A stretch of 64,000 bases of DNA from Oscillospiraceae bacterium (GTDB lineage Bacteria; Bacillota; Clostridia; Oscillospirales; Ruminococcaceae). Positions within the stretch are counted from its first letter, which is position 1. Every line of letters begins with the position of its first letter. The DNA lies in assembly GCA_009784825.1 (NCBI GenBank), contig WQXO01000001.1, positions 1,599 through 65,598 on the forward strand, written 5' to 3'. Positions 55,290 through 64,000 of the stretch are shown in pieces. Under the pieces are notes generated by a model. The model made no database searches, had not been told where the DNA came from, and was given only the letters and a program-made list of their open reading frames with translations. Made by a program: the position numbers and the translations under genes.

Positions 55290-56033
55290 TTAAAAACCAC
55301 CTCCCTTTCTGCGAATTTTCATAGCAATGTCATACATCAATATCCCGCCGGACACCGAAGCGTTCAGCGAATTCATGCTGCCGTACATGGGAATGCTTAC
55401 GATATGGTCACAGTTTTCACGGACTAATCTGCTCAAACCCTGCCCCTCTGACCCGATGACAAGGCAGACACCGCCTCCGGAAAAATCAACACCGGTGTAA
55501 GGCTCGCCGTCGGCTTCAGCACCATATACCCATATATTATGCTTTTTCAGCGTTTTTATTGTATCGGTTAAATTGGTAACCCGTGCAATTTTTAAATAAG
55601 CACACGCCCCTGCCGAAGCGGCATAAACCGCTCCCGTAAGCTGAACGCTTCTTCTTTTTGGGATAATAAACCCGTCTGCTCCTGCCGCCTCCGCTGTTCT
55701 GATTAACGCCCCTAAGTTATGCGGGTCTTCGATTTCATCAGCAATTATAATGAAAGGTTTGTCACGAACCGCAAGAATTTCCTCAACCGAAGAATATTCT
55801 GCCGATGCTAATTCTGCGGCAATTCCGCCGTGACGGTTTCCCTCCGACATGGAATTAAGCTTGTCGGGATTAGCTTCTTTTATGACTATGCCTGCTTTTT
55901 TTGCAATTGCGATGTGTTCTGATAACCCCTTACCGTCTTTAATAACATATAACGCATTAATCGGGCGGGCGGCTTTTAACGCTTCAATAACAGCGTTTTT
56001 GCCATATATAATTAGTTTTTCAAAATTGTCCAT
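55290..56033 (-). CDS. rlmB: 23S rRNA (guanosine-2'-O)-methyltransferase RlmB (SpoU/TrmH family)
   Basis: IYGKNAVIEAL N-terminal domain, DPHNLGALIRTAEAAG, LVIGSEGQGLS, IPMYGSMNSLNASVS. Confidence 0.85.
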   Translation of the reverse strand: MDNFEKLIIYGKNAVIEALKAARPINALYVIKDGKGLSEHIAIAKKAGIVIKEANPDKLNSMSEGNRHGGIAAELASAEYSSVEEILAVRDKPFIIIADEIEDPHNLGALIRTAEAAGADGFIIPKRRSVQLTGAVYAASAGACAYLKIARVTNLTDTIKTLKKHNIWVYGAEADGEPYTGVDFSGGGVCLVIGSEGQGLSRLVRENCDHIVSIPMYGSMNSLNASVSGGILMYDIAMKIRRKGGGF

Positions 56034-56042
56034 ACATTATTA

Positions 56043-56105
56043 AGTATAGCGTAAAATAAAAAAAATGTCAACCCGTTGACATTTGTGTATGTTTTATGGT
56101 AAATT
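56043..56105. promoter_or_regulatory. face-to-face divergent promoters whose -35 boxes form a palindrome
   Basis: TGTCAA-CCCG-TTGACA at 56066-56081. Plus strand: TTGACA-N18-TGgTAAATT (56100-56105). Minus strand: TTGACA-N17-TATACT (56048-56043), only 9 nt before the rlmB ATG. Confidence 0.55.
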
Positions 56106-56127
56106 ATCCGATATGGGGGTATTAAAA

Positions 56128-56382
56128 ATGCTTAATGAAATCAGAAACGAAATCGACATAATTGACGACCAAATCGCCGATTTGTTTAACCGGCGAATGG
56201 CACTTGTCACAAAGGCGGCAGAGTATAAACAGAAAAACAACATTCCCACGCTGGACAAAACGAGGGAATGTGATATTATTAAACGGGTGACGGCGGCAAA
56301 TCCGGACGAATTCACCGAATATACCGAAAAGCTGTTTAACACAATTTTTGAATTATCGAGGGGTTATCAGAATAACAGATAA
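56128..56382 (+). CDS. chorismate mutase (AroQ class)
   Basis: LNEIRNEIDIIDDQIADLFNRRMALVTKAAEYK. 84 aa. Start at the ATG at 56128. Confidence 0.8.
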   Translation: MLNEIRNEIDIIDDQIADLFNRRMALVTKAAEYKQKNNIPTLDKTRECDIIKRVTAANPDEFTEYTEKLFNTIFELSRGYQNNR

Positions 56383-57204
56383 TTATTTCAACGGAATTCT
56401 AACTAAATATTCCACGAATTCCTCGGTCTTTTTCTGTTGTGCCACGCAGGCGATTCCCGCCTTTTTCATGGAATCGATTGCATGATTAAACGTATTAATA
56501 TATAGACTTGCATGGTTCACCGTGAAGGATTTTTTTCTTCTCGGTGAGCCTGTTGTTTTTAACATATCCTCAATCAGCTTGTCCGCACCTGCCGTATTAA
56601 GTTGTAATGCACTGATTTTCTCAATTGCGGGAACTCGCTTTTCATGAGGAAGCTTCAACAATGCCCGTGCCTGCCGTTCGTTTAAGCGATAACGCAACGC
56701 CAATGCCTTTTCTTCATCGGTTAAGCGTAGAAGCCTTAGCTTATTCGCTACTGTTGACTGTGCTATCCCTAATTTAACCGCCGCATCCTCTTGTGTAATT
56801 CCGAAATAATCGATTAACCCTTTAATCGCATAGGCTTCCTCTATATAGTTCAAGTCCGACCTTTGTATATTCTCCATAATTGCTAAAATAGCCGAATTCT
56901 GCTCGCTTGTGTCCATGACTATACAGGGAACATGGTTCATTCCCACCAATTTCGCCGCACGAAGCCTGCGTTCCCCCGATATAAGCTCATATTCGTCATG
57001 GGCGGCAGGTGCAGATTTCTTGCGAACCGTAATTGGCTGGAGAATACCGTTCTGCTGTATACTGACCGCCAGCTGCGACAATTCATAATCGTCGAAAATC
57101 ACTCTCGGTTGTGCGGGGTTCGGTGAGATTTTCGATGCGTTTATTTGAACAACTTTATTAATCACGTTTTCCGCTTCAGGGATTAGTCTTTGAAAAATAG
57201 GCAT
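56383..57204 (-). CDS. ParB-family protein (Noc/Spo0J-like)
   Basis: ISPNPAQPR, ILQPITVR and LISGERRLRAAK ParB box motifs, plus an HTH. No adjacent parA/soj. Confidence 0.8.
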   Translation of the reverse strand: MPIFQRLIPEAENVINKVVQINASKISPNPAQPRVIFDDYELSQLAVSIQQNGILQPITVRKKSAPAAHDEYELISGERRLRAAKLVGMNHVPCIVMDTSEQNSAILAIMENIQRSDLNYIEEAYAIKGLIDYFGITQEDAAVKLGIAQSTVANKLRLLRLTDEEKALALRYRLNERQARALLKLPHEKRVPAIEKISALQLNTAGADKLIEDMLKTTGSPRRKKSFTVNHASLYINTFNHAIDSMKKAGIACVAQQKKTEEFVEYLVRIPLK

Positions 57205-57313
57205 ATATACGTCCTCCTTACTAATAAGACTACCATATATATGCTTACATAGCTACTATTATTTCCCGACGCATACCTGTATGCTTTTACCTTTTCTGAC
57301 ACAATTGCTCAAA

Positions 57314-57988
57314 CTATAATGGATTTTTTGTAATATTCACTCGCTTCCTCGGATAATTCATCGGGGTTTGCGATATTTTTTTAATTATAACAAGGCTTCT
57401 TTTATCCCCGCTCGGAAGTGTGTATTCTTTTATTTGAGCGATTTCTCCGCCGAGTAACCGCAGGGCATTGCTTGCCGAGGCTGATTCATCATCACTGCCT
57501 TTCATCGCCATTAACACACCACCGACTTCCACAAAAGGAAGACAATATTCACACAATGCTGCAAGGTTCGCAACCGCACGAGCGGTTACAAGCCCGAACT
57601 TCTCCCGATAATCAGAATTAAACGACAGCTCCTCACTTCTTCCTGTGATTACTGTACAATCCACATCAATTTCCTGTAACAGTGCTTTCAGATAATCTGT
57701 TCGCTTTTTTGCAGAATCGAGCAGGGTTATATCTAAATCGGGGCGAAACAATTTCATTGGAACACCCGGAAAACCCGCACCACTACCCACATCAAGTGTA
57801 ATTGTTCCACGTGGAACATCATATAATGCAAGCGGCATGATTGAATCAATGTAATGCTTTTCGATGATTTCCCGTGGTTCGGTTATACGAGTTAAGTTGG
57901 TGTGCTTATTATATTCAAGCATGAAGTCGGTCATTTTTTGAAACTTTTCGTTTTTTTGAATTGTCAACTGTAAATTGTCAATTGTCAA
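57314..57988 (-). CDS. rsmG: 16S rRNA (guanine527-N7)-methyltransferase RsmG (GidB)
   Basis: [15 protein letters not shown] motif and the gidA-gidB order. The proposed TTG start at 57988 sits 7 nt after AGGGAGGA and overlaps the mnmG stop as TTGA. The alternatives 58012 and 57934 are less supported. Confidence 0.85.
   Translation of the reverse strand: MTIDNLQLTIQKNEKFQKMTDFMLEYNKHTNLTRITEPREIIEKHYIDSIMPLALYDVPRGTITLDVGSGAGFPGVPMKLFRPDLDITLLDSAKKRTDYLKALLQEIDVDCTVITGRSEELSFNSDYREKFGLVTARAVANLAALCEYCLPFVEVGGVLMAMKGSDDESASASNALRLLGGEIAQIKEYTLPSGDKRSLVIIKKISQTPMNYPRKRVNITKNPL
57803..57818. promoter_or_regulatory. parS: parS site (perfect palindrome TGTTCCACGTGGAACA) inside rsmG
   Basis: One position off the TGTTNCACGTGAAACA consensus (its A12 is G here, which completes the palindrome). 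Encodes ..VPRGT.. of RsmG. Confidence 0.8.
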
Positions 57989-57997
57989 TTGTTCGTC
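57959..57997. repeat. five tandem AATTGTC-type heptamers + CGTC (copy B) at the mnmG/rsmG junction
   Basis: aattgtc aactgta aattgtc aattgtc aattgtt cgtc. Translated as the RsmG N-terminus ([10 protein letters not shown]). Confidence 0.85.
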
Positions 57998-59826
57998 CTC
58001 CCTGCAAGCCAAATCAACAACACAGACACGTCTGCCGGATTAACCCCCGGAATCCTGCTTGCTTGTCCGACGTTCAAGGGTTTATACTTGTTTAGTTTTT
58101 CCCGTGCCTCCAGCCGAAGTCCCTGTATTAATGAATAATCCATATCCGCAGAAAGCGGTTTTGCTTCCAACTCCCTGACCGAACGAATTTTCTCGTTCTG
58201 CACCTTTATATACCCCTCATACTTTATCGCAATATCGATTTTCCGAACAATGTCATCGGGGATATGTTCCGGGGCGTATTCCTTATAGCTGATTTCGGGG
58301 CGTTTAATCAGATTATAAACCTTTTCTGTTTTTAAACGTGCAATTTCGTTTTCCATAATCACCTGTCGTTCTTTGAACTTGTCATATCGTTCTTTAGAGA
58401 GCAACCCCAATTCATATCCGGTTTCGCATAACCTTTCGGTAGCGTTATCTTGTCTTATACTCATGCGGTATTCCGAACGGGAGGTCATCATTCGATAAGG
58501 CTCATCGCACCCTTTTGTAACAAGGTCGTCAATCATCACGCCAATATAAGAGGTGGTTCTGTCGGGAATGTATTGTAGGGGCGAACTGTGTTCGCCCGTT
58601 GAATAAGATGCCATTTCTCCTTTAGACGGGCGAACGCAGTTCGCCCCTACAACCATTGTTGCATTTACACCTGCGATTAATCCTTGTGCTGCCGCTTCCT
58701 CATAACCCGACGTTCCGTTAAACTGCCCCGCTCCGTATAATCCCTTAATGCTCTTGAACTCTAATGTCGGGAACAATTCCAAAGGATTACAGCAATCGTA
58801 TTCAATGGCATATGCGGGGCGAATTACCTCTGCATTTTCTAACCCATTAATAGTCCTAATCAGCTTCAACTGCACTTCCTCAGGGAGCGAGCTTGACAGT
58901 CCCTGAATATAGTATTCCTCGGTGCCAAGTCCCATCGGTTCAATAAAAAGCTGGTGCCTGTCTTTATCGGCAAATCGCACTATTTTATCTTCAATGCTCG
59001 GACAATACCTTGCACCGGTTGCCTCAATCCGACCGGAATACATTGGTGAACGGTGCAGGTTCTCCCGAATTATATTGTGCGTTTCTTCATTTGTGTAGGT
59101 TATGTGGCAAAGGACTTTATTCTCTAATCTAAGCTCATTGTCAAAGCTGAACGGGGTAAGTGAATCCTCACCCGGCTGTTCTCCCATTTTTGCAAAATCA
59201 ATCGAACGCTTATGAACCCGTGCGGGTGTTCCTGTTTTGAACCGCCTTATTTCTATCCCCAGATTTTTCAAATTCTCGGTAAGCTGCATTGCCGGTGCAA
59301 GACCATCTGCCGCACTGTTATAGCTTGCCTCACCTACATGAATTTTCCCGCCGAGATAAGTTCCCGTGGTTATGATTACAGCTATAGCGGAATATTTTGT
59401 ACCGAGTCTGGTTTTAACACCTACAACCTTTTTATTTTCAACAAGTATTTCTACAATCTCACCCTGCTTAATCTCTAAATTCCCTTGCTTTTCCAAAACT
59501 CGCTTCATATATAAATGGTACTGCACTCGGTCAACCTGAGCCCGCAGTGAATGTACTGCCGCACCTTTCCCCGTGTTTAGCATACGGGATTGGAGCGTTG
59601 AAGCGTCTGCCGCCCTGCCCATCTCCCCACCTAATGCGTCAATTTCGGCAACCAACTGACCCTTAGCAGAACCGCCGATACTCGGGTTGCAGGGGAGATT
59701 TGCAATAGTATCCGCAGAAAGACAGAACACGGCAGTCCGCATACCGAGGCGTGAACAAGCCAATGCCGCTTCACACCCGGCATGACCTGCCCCTACGATT
59801 ATAATGTCGTAATTCTCAAGAAACAT
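57985..59826 (-). CDS. mnmG: tRNA uridine 5-carboxymethylaminomethyl modification enzyme MnmG (GidA)
   Basis: [19 protein letters not shown] motif, [12 protein letters not shown]-like [25 protein letters not shown]. Contains an extra ~20-25 aa segment encoded by a palindromic element. Confidence 0.92.
   Translation of the reverse strand: MFLENYDIIIVGAGHAGCEAALACSRLGMRTAVFCLSADTIANLPCNPSIGGSAKGQLVAEIDALGGEMGRAADASTLQSRMLNTGKGAAVHSLRAQVDRVQYHLYMKRVLEKQGNLEIKQGEIVEILVENKKVVGVKTRLGTKYSAIAVIITTGTYLGGKIHVGEASYNSAADGLAPAMQLTENLKNLGIEIRRFKTGTPARVHKRSIDFAKMGEQPGEDSLTPFSFDNELRLENKVLCHITYTNEETHNIIRENLHRSPMYSGRIEATGARYCPSIEDKIVRFADKDRHQLFIEPMGLGTEEYYIQGLSSSLPEEVQLKLIRTINGLENAEVIRPAYAIEYDCCNPLELFPTLEFKSIKGLYGAGQFNGTSGYEEAAAQGLIAGVNATMVVGANCVRPSKGEMASYSTGEHSSPLQYIPDRTTSYIGVMIDDLVTKGCDEPYRMMTSRSEYRMSIRQDNATERLCETGYELGLLSKERYDKFKERQVIMENEIARLKTEKVYNLIKRPEISYKEYAPEHIPDDIVRKIDIAIKYEGYIKVQNEKIRSVRELEAKPLSADMDYSLIQGLRLEAREKLNKYKPLNVGQASRIPGVNPADVSVLLIWLAGRTNN
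58575..58650. repeat. 76-bp nested palindromic element translated in frame within mnmG
   Basis: The 25-nt arms GTAGGGGCGAACTGTGTTCGCCCGT (58575-58599) and ACGGGCGAACGCAGTTCGCCCCTAC (58626-58650) are inverted repeats with 1 mismatch. Each arm is itself a hairpin (GGGCGAAC..GTTCGCCC). Confidence 0.8.
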
Positions 59827-59836
59827 CTTCTTTTCC

Positions 59837-60343
59837 TTAAATAATTAATAATTGCTCACGCAAATAACCAATATACCTTCTTTTACTAACATGAACAACA
59901 AGTATTTCGTCACCCTTATTTGCACGGTGATAATGACGTTCATCAAGACAATTAACCGGTTTTTTAAAATCTGCAATATAAAAGCAATAGTTATTATTAA
60001 TTCTATCGGCACGAACAAGAGGCGTGACAAAACAGTTTAGTTTACCGCTCTTTAACAAATCCAATGCGTTTTTGAAAACAGAAAACTCAAATTTTAATAA
60101 TAAAAGCGGCATTAAACAAATCATCAGAAAAAACGGAATAAAAATCATCACATGGGAAGTCATTCTCGGATTTGGTTCTGCTTGTAAAAAGGTAATTGCG
60201 ATTAGTGTAATACACGCTAAAAATGCCGGTATTGCCATTACAACACACATTAAACGAAACTGCTTTTTCCCTTTTTGCACCATTTCGTATAAAATATCTT
60301 GTAAAGCCTCGTTTTCCTCCCTTGTTAATGTATATTCTTTCAT
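59837..60343 (-). CDS. membrane protein, unknown function
   Basis: AAGGAGAAG SD favours the ATG at 60343 ([10 protein letters not shown]..). Two TM helices. Confidence 0.5.
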   Translation of the reverse strand: MKEYTLTREENEALQDILYEMVQKGKKQFRLMCVVMAIPAFLACITLIAITFLQAEPNPRMTSHVMIFIPFFLMICLMPLLLLKFEFSVFKNALDLLKSGKLNCFVTPLVRADRINNNYCFYIADFKKPVNCLDERHYHRANKGDEILVVHVSKRRYIGYLREQLLII

Positions 60344-60368
60344 GCAACTTCTCCTTGTCAACATACAT

Positions 60369-60384
60369 TGTTCCACGTGGAACA
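60369..60384. promoter_or_regulatory. parS: parS site (perfect palindrome TGTTCCACGTGGAACA), intergenic
   Basis: The 19-mer ATTGTTCCACGTGGAACAT is identical to the one at 57801-57819. Confidence 0.8.
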
Positions 60385-60429
60385 TTCACGCTAAATGTAG
60401 GGGACGCCTTGTGTGGCGTCCCTTTAAAC

Positions 60430-61377
60430 CTAATCTCTCGTCATTTCCAAGAACCTTACCCACCCGTCAGATAATTCTATAATTTCGTTTTTGTACCCGT
60501 CCACGAAGAATTTCTCGACATGAGCCTTATCCCTTGGAAAGACACCCCACTGGTCATCACTCATAGCTACGGGCCAACCGGTAGCACACATCATTCTTTC
60601 CGCTAAGAAGAAATCAACAAAGTCAATGCATATTTTTTTAACATAGTCATGACTGCTTAAATGAGCCAAAATTTCCTTTAACACCGTATCCGTGAAGTAA
60701 TTCCCCAACAATCCCACGCTGATTACGAATACATTTCCCGCATCTTCGACAGGCGGTAAATCATGTGTAGGGCTGACCTTCATTCGCTCAAAGGTGATAT
60801 ACTCCGTCACCTCAAGCGTTTCCGCGAACATTTTTGCCCTTTTCAATCCCTTTTTATCGAAGTCAACAAGAATAACCTTGGGGCAGGGTAAGCCTGCTTG
60901 TTTCCTATGCCACAGTCCAACTATTTCGGATAATGCACTGCCGCTTCCGAGTGAAATAATGGTATCGATGTTATCGGGACAATCCCTCACCGCTTTAACG
61001 GCATAAGAGAACCTGTCACCTCCTGCTACACCAAATTCGGTGTAACGCACAAAGTCCACCACATCATCGCTGATTTTTTTAAACTTGCGGGTTATTTGAA
61101 TGGGTAACAATGCCTTAGACTTGTCTGCCACGCGATAAACCGGTTCAAGTGCCCGAGATGTTCCATACATCTTGAACATCAACAACCACGCCATGCCGCC
61201 ATTAATTTTCCCACCCAAATACATCCATTTGGGCAGTTTTGTTTTTCGTCCGTTTTCGACTGCCGCCTGCATTAACGCACGATTATAGCGGGCTGTTTCT
61301 CTTGCTCTTTCTGTGGTGCTTGTTAAAGCTACCGAACCCACCGGCTTAGGCAGTGTTTCTTTTTGGTTAGATGTCAA
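60430..61377 (-). CDS. hypothetical protein, possible Rossmann-fold SAM-dependent methyltransferase
   Basis: 315 aa. Motif-I-like IISLGSGSA and an acidic VILVDFD. Weak assignment. Confidence 0.35.
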   Translation of the reverse strand: MTSNQKETLPKPVGSVALTSTTERARETARYNRALMQAAVENGRKTKLPKWMYLGGKINGGMAWLLMFKMYGTSRALEPVYRVADKSKALLPIQITRKFKKISDDVVDFVRYTEFGVAGGDRFSYAVKAVRDCPDNIDTIISLGSGSALSEIVGLWHRKQAGLPCPKVILVDFDKKGLKRAKMFAETLEVTEYITFERMKVSPTHDLPPVEDAGNVFVISVGLLGNYFTDTVLKEILAHLSSHDYVKKICIDFVDFFLAERMMCATGWPVAMSDDQWGVFPRDKAHVEKFFVDGYKNEIIELSDGWVRFLEMTRD

Positions 61378-61408
61378 AATAATTTTTCCTTATTAAATAT
61401 TGTAATGA

Positions 61409-62617
61409 TTAATCTAATGACAGGTTTCCGCTGCTGAAAGCCTCGGTTTCCACAACCGGCGGACGTCCCGCATCTCTAATATCGAGCAGCTTTGTTTTTA
61501 ACTCACCCTCGATTTTAATAAGCTCTGCCTCTGCTTCACGGCGTTTCGCCTTACCGTCCTGCTGAATTCTCAACACCTCATCAAGTGTGGTAATAAGTGA
61601 CTGATTGGTATATTTCAGCGTTTCAATATCAATAATACTGCGTTCGGATTCCTTAGCCGCCTCAACGGTATTCTGCTTAAGCATATCGGCGTTCTTTTTA
61701 AGAAGCTGGTTAGTAACATCGGTCACTTCCCTTTGTGCCTTGATTGCCGCCTGTGAATGAGACATTCCCATTGCTAAAACCATTTGGTTTTTCCAAAGCG
61801 GAATGGTATTCACTAAAGATGATTGAATTTTCTCAATCATAATGTTGTTCGTGGATTGAACCAAGCGGATTTGCGGACTCATCTGAACCGAAACAATTCG
61901 AGTTAGTTCTAAGTCATGCAGTTTTTTATCGAAGCGGTTACACATATCAGCGAGGTAGTTGGCTTCCTGTGCATCCTCTGCCAATCCCGATTTAATCGCC
62001 TTTTCCTGCAGCTTCGGAAGCTCGGTTTCGATGATTTCCTGTAGCTTCTGCCGCCCCGCAATAATATACATGGAAAGCTCCTTGTAATACTCAAGGTTCT
62101 TTTCATACATTTGGTCTAACATAGCGACATCTTTAAGCATAACCATTTTATGTGCTTCAAGGGCACCGCAAATTTTATCGATGTTCTTTTCCACAGTGTC
62201 ATACTTCGCTTTAGTTAATGCCATTTTGTCACGTTGTTTTTTGAATAAACCGGGCTTCTTTCCGGAATCCTCGATTTCAAAATTCCGCAACTGCACTACT
62301 AAATCTGTAACCATTGTTCCGACTTCGTCCATTTCCTTAGTGCGGACATTTGCTAACGCCTGCTCGGAAAACGCCGATATTTTCTTTTGTGCTTGTCCGC
62401 CATATTGAAGAATTTGTGTAGAATTCTTCACATCGATTTTCTGTGCGAAATCGGCGACAACTCTTCTCTCCTCCTCTGTGAGCTTAGAGGTGTCGGGCGT
62501 TACTGTCTTAGCTACTGCGGTAAATGCATTTGTCGCATCTGCATCGGGAACAAAGATAGGAGCGTCGGGGGCTTCGGGAGGCATGTCAAGGGATAGTTCG
62601 ATTTTGTTTTCTTCCAT
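61409..62617 (-). CDS. TelA/YaaN-family toxic anion resistance-like protein
   Basis: 402 aa, all-helical, with the family pattern (..QILQYGGQAQKKISAFSEQALANVRTKEMDEVG..). Confidence 0.75.
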   Translation of the reverse strand: MEENKIELSLDMPPEAPDAPIFVPDADATNAFTAVAKTVTPDTSKLTEEERRVVADFAQKIDVKNSTQILQYGGQAQKKISAFSEQALANVRTKEMDEVGTMVTDLVVQLRNFEIEDSGKKPGLFKKQRDKMALTKAKYDTVEKNIDKICGALEAHKMVMLKDVAMLDQMYEKNLEYYKELSMYIIAGRQKLQEIIETELPKLQEKAIKSGLAEDAQEANYLADMCNRFDKKLHDLELTRIVSVQMSPQIRLVQSTNNIMIEKIQSSLVNTIPLWKNQMVLAMGMSHSQAAIKAQREVTDVTNQLLKKNADMLKQNTVEAAKESERSIIDIETLKYTNQSLITTLDEVLRIQQDGKAKRREAEAELIKIEGELKTKLLDIRDAGRPPVVETEAFSSGNLSLD

Positions 62618-62638
62618 GATTAATTTTCCTTTCTGAAC

Positions 62639-63715
62639 TTATATAATGTTATTGTTTTCTTTTATAATTGCCTGCATAACTGCCGCTTCCGCAGAAATAT
62701 CCATTGCTTTATCGCTGAACAGGTCATCATATTCCCGTTTATACACATCAGTTAATTTCCCTGTGGTTTCCTCGATTTTATGGAGTGTGGTTAATATATT
62801 CTCACCCTTGTTCGGCTTCTCCTGAAGCTCCTCATAGGTCTTCAGAAAGTTCACCGTTGTCGGCAGGTAATACCCTACAAACTGTCTTAAGCTTCTGACT
62901 TTTGCGGGATTTTCAATAACGTAAGAAACAATTTCATCGACTGTTTTCATTATTTCGCCGAGCGGCTCACGAATTTTCGGTGTTTTTATAACAGCGGAAA
63001 GCCTTAACATCTCTTTCTTGCTTTCATAAACCGACGCTAACAGATTATCAAGCTCCTCATTACCTGTGGAGGAGGGTTTTTTCATTTTAGGTGTCTTTCG
63101 CCTTTCCTCGGTAAAATAGACCTGCGACGGGAAAAAGTGCAGACTTAAGAAAAACACTCCCACTCCGATAACCAACGCCGGAACAAGCAACATTAACTCA
63201 AACAGAGAAAACGAAGCCGCTGTCAACAACGATAGAATAATTGCGGTCACAGGCGGGGACTTGTTTTCCTTATAAACTATATCTGCTTCTTCGTTTAATT
63301 GCAACAGCGGAGGTGACTTTGACGAAAACACAACCTCTTTATTCTCTGTGTCAAAGCTCATTCCCTCGAAATAACCGCGTTTCCTCAACATTTTTAAATC
63401 GGCGGAAACACTTTTCAGCGATTTCCCGGAAACTTGAGCTACATCTGATATTTTGAAACGGGGATGTGCCCCGATAATTTTTGAATAACGGGCACTTTTC
63501 TCCACCCTCAGCATTGCCTTAACCCCTGCGAAAATCCATGTTCCCGCAAGAAGCAATCCTAATGCCGCCGCATTTACACCTAAAGCAACGCTTTGACCGA
63601 GCGATGCCCAAATCACTCCGAACAAAGTAAGCATAGGAGCCGCAATTAATGACAGCAGAATAGAAAGTATTCCGAAAGCTATATCGCTTGTTTTTGCTTT
63701 TTTGTTCTTATGCAT
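62639..63715 (-). CDS. XpaC-like (5-bromo-4-chloroindolyl phosphate hydrolysis family) membrane protein
   Basis: N-terminal TM helices, a central wHTH-like segment and a C-terminal helical domain. This family is classically paired with telA/yaaN. Confidence 0.55.
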   Translation of the reverse strand: MHKNKKAKTSDIAFGILSILLSLIAAPMLTLFGVIWASLGQSVALGVNAAALGLLLAGTWIFAGVKAMLRVEKSARYSKIIGAHPRFKISDVAQVSGKSLKSVSADLKMLRKRGYFEGMSFDTENKEVVFSSKSPPLLQLNEEADIVYKENKSPPVTAIILSLLTAASFSLFELMLLVPALVIGVGVFFLSLHFFPSQVYFTEERRKTPKMKKPSSTGNEELDNLLASVYESKKEMLRLSAVIKTPKIREPLGEIMKTVDEIVSYVIENPAKVRSLRQFVGYYLPTTVNFLKTYEELQEKPNKGENILTTLHKIEETTGKLTDVYKREYDDLFSDKAMDISAEAAVMQAIIKENNNII

Positions 63716-63751
63716 ATACGCTCTCCTTATATATTCTTACATTATATAACA

Positions 63752-64000
63752 TTAACTGTCGCCTGTCAACTGTTTCAATAATCCTGTTGCCGCGTCTAAC
63801 ACTCCCTCACCGCTTATGAGTTTTAACGACAAGCCTGTTTTCTCTGTTAAATTAAGTGTCAGCCGCTTTTCATAAACCGCAGAAGCCCTTGCAATTCTCT
63901 CCATATCGGGACTGTTCCAGTTTAATATCAATATATCCTTATTATGCACAATTTCAGAAATTCCAAGCACCGCTCCCGAATTCCGCAAACGTGCCACCTC
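63752..64000 (-). CDS. 3' end of a gene running off the window, unknown function
   Basis: The frame stays open to the window edge. Only about 82 C-terminal residues are visible. Confidence 0.4.
   Translation of the reverse strand, partial: EVARLRNSGAVLGISEIVHNKDILILNWNSPDMERIARASAVYEKRLTLNLTEKTGLSLKLISGEGVLDAATGLLKQLTGDS

Noticed and set aside
57934-58012. Alternative rsmG starts: the ORF-track start at 58012 (TTG) and the internal ATG at 57934.
   Set aside because: 58012 has no SD and would overlap mnmG by 28 nt. 57934 lacks an SD and would remove N-terminal residues that align with B. subtilis RsmG as I recall it (..QLEQFELY.. versus ..[10 protein letters not shown]..). The TTG at 57988, 7 nt after AGGGAGGA, fits best, but this is unverified.

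Overview
The window looks like a chromosomal segment from a sporulating Firmicutes/Clostridia organism, probably Oscillospiraceae/Ruminococcaceae-like. Evidence: sigma-G, a Spo0A-box-like site, cohesin/dockerin-type modules, a sortase sorting signal and SD-type ribosome binding sites. All calls come from reading the sequence and recognising motifs; no database search was run.

The right end appears origin-proximal. It carries mnmG-rsmG-parB/noc, two perfect parS palindromes and the telA/xpaC-like pair, and 27 of 29 genes from 28.8 to 64 kb are on the minus strand.

Gene content, left to right:
- a HepT/MntA toxin-antitoxin cassette inserted at the 3' end of a lipoprotein gene
- nnr
- a small membrane protein followed by sigG
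- an HTH regulator followed by a receptor-like Ser/Thr kinase with an LRR ectodomain
- a 1957-aa GH5 enzyme carrying both a cohesin and a degenerate dockerin, followed by a sortase-anchored, Cys-rich cohesin protein
- cheV flanked by two tRNA-Ala(GGC) genes
- an FkbM methyltransferase and an HD-GYP protein
- rimM-trmD, ptsH, an SDR, an EF-G paralog and a carboxynorspermidine-synthase-like gene
- a tightly coupled ~14 kb ABC supercluster (two LolD/MacB-type ATPases, a 991-aa binding protein, four MalFG-type permeases, an NHL/TPR protein, a Yip1-like protein and an 897-aa secreted protein)
- a triad of a lidless Hsp70-like ATPase, a Cys-cluster protein and an acidic repeat protein
- an NfeD-flotillin-zinc-ribbon operon
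- a catalytically degenerate P-type-ATPase-like giant membrane protein
- rlmB, chorismate mutase, parB/noc, rsmG and mnmG

The best candidates for undescribed biology are:
- the atypical ABC supercluster (28.8-43.1 kb)
- the Hsp70-like triad (43.2-47.7 kb)
- the dead P-type ATPase homologue (52.2-55.3 kb)
- a 76-bp nested palindrome translated in frame inside mnmG
- a helically phased TTTTCAAC array upstream of the sigG locus

No CRISPR array, transposase, integrase or rRNA gene was seen.
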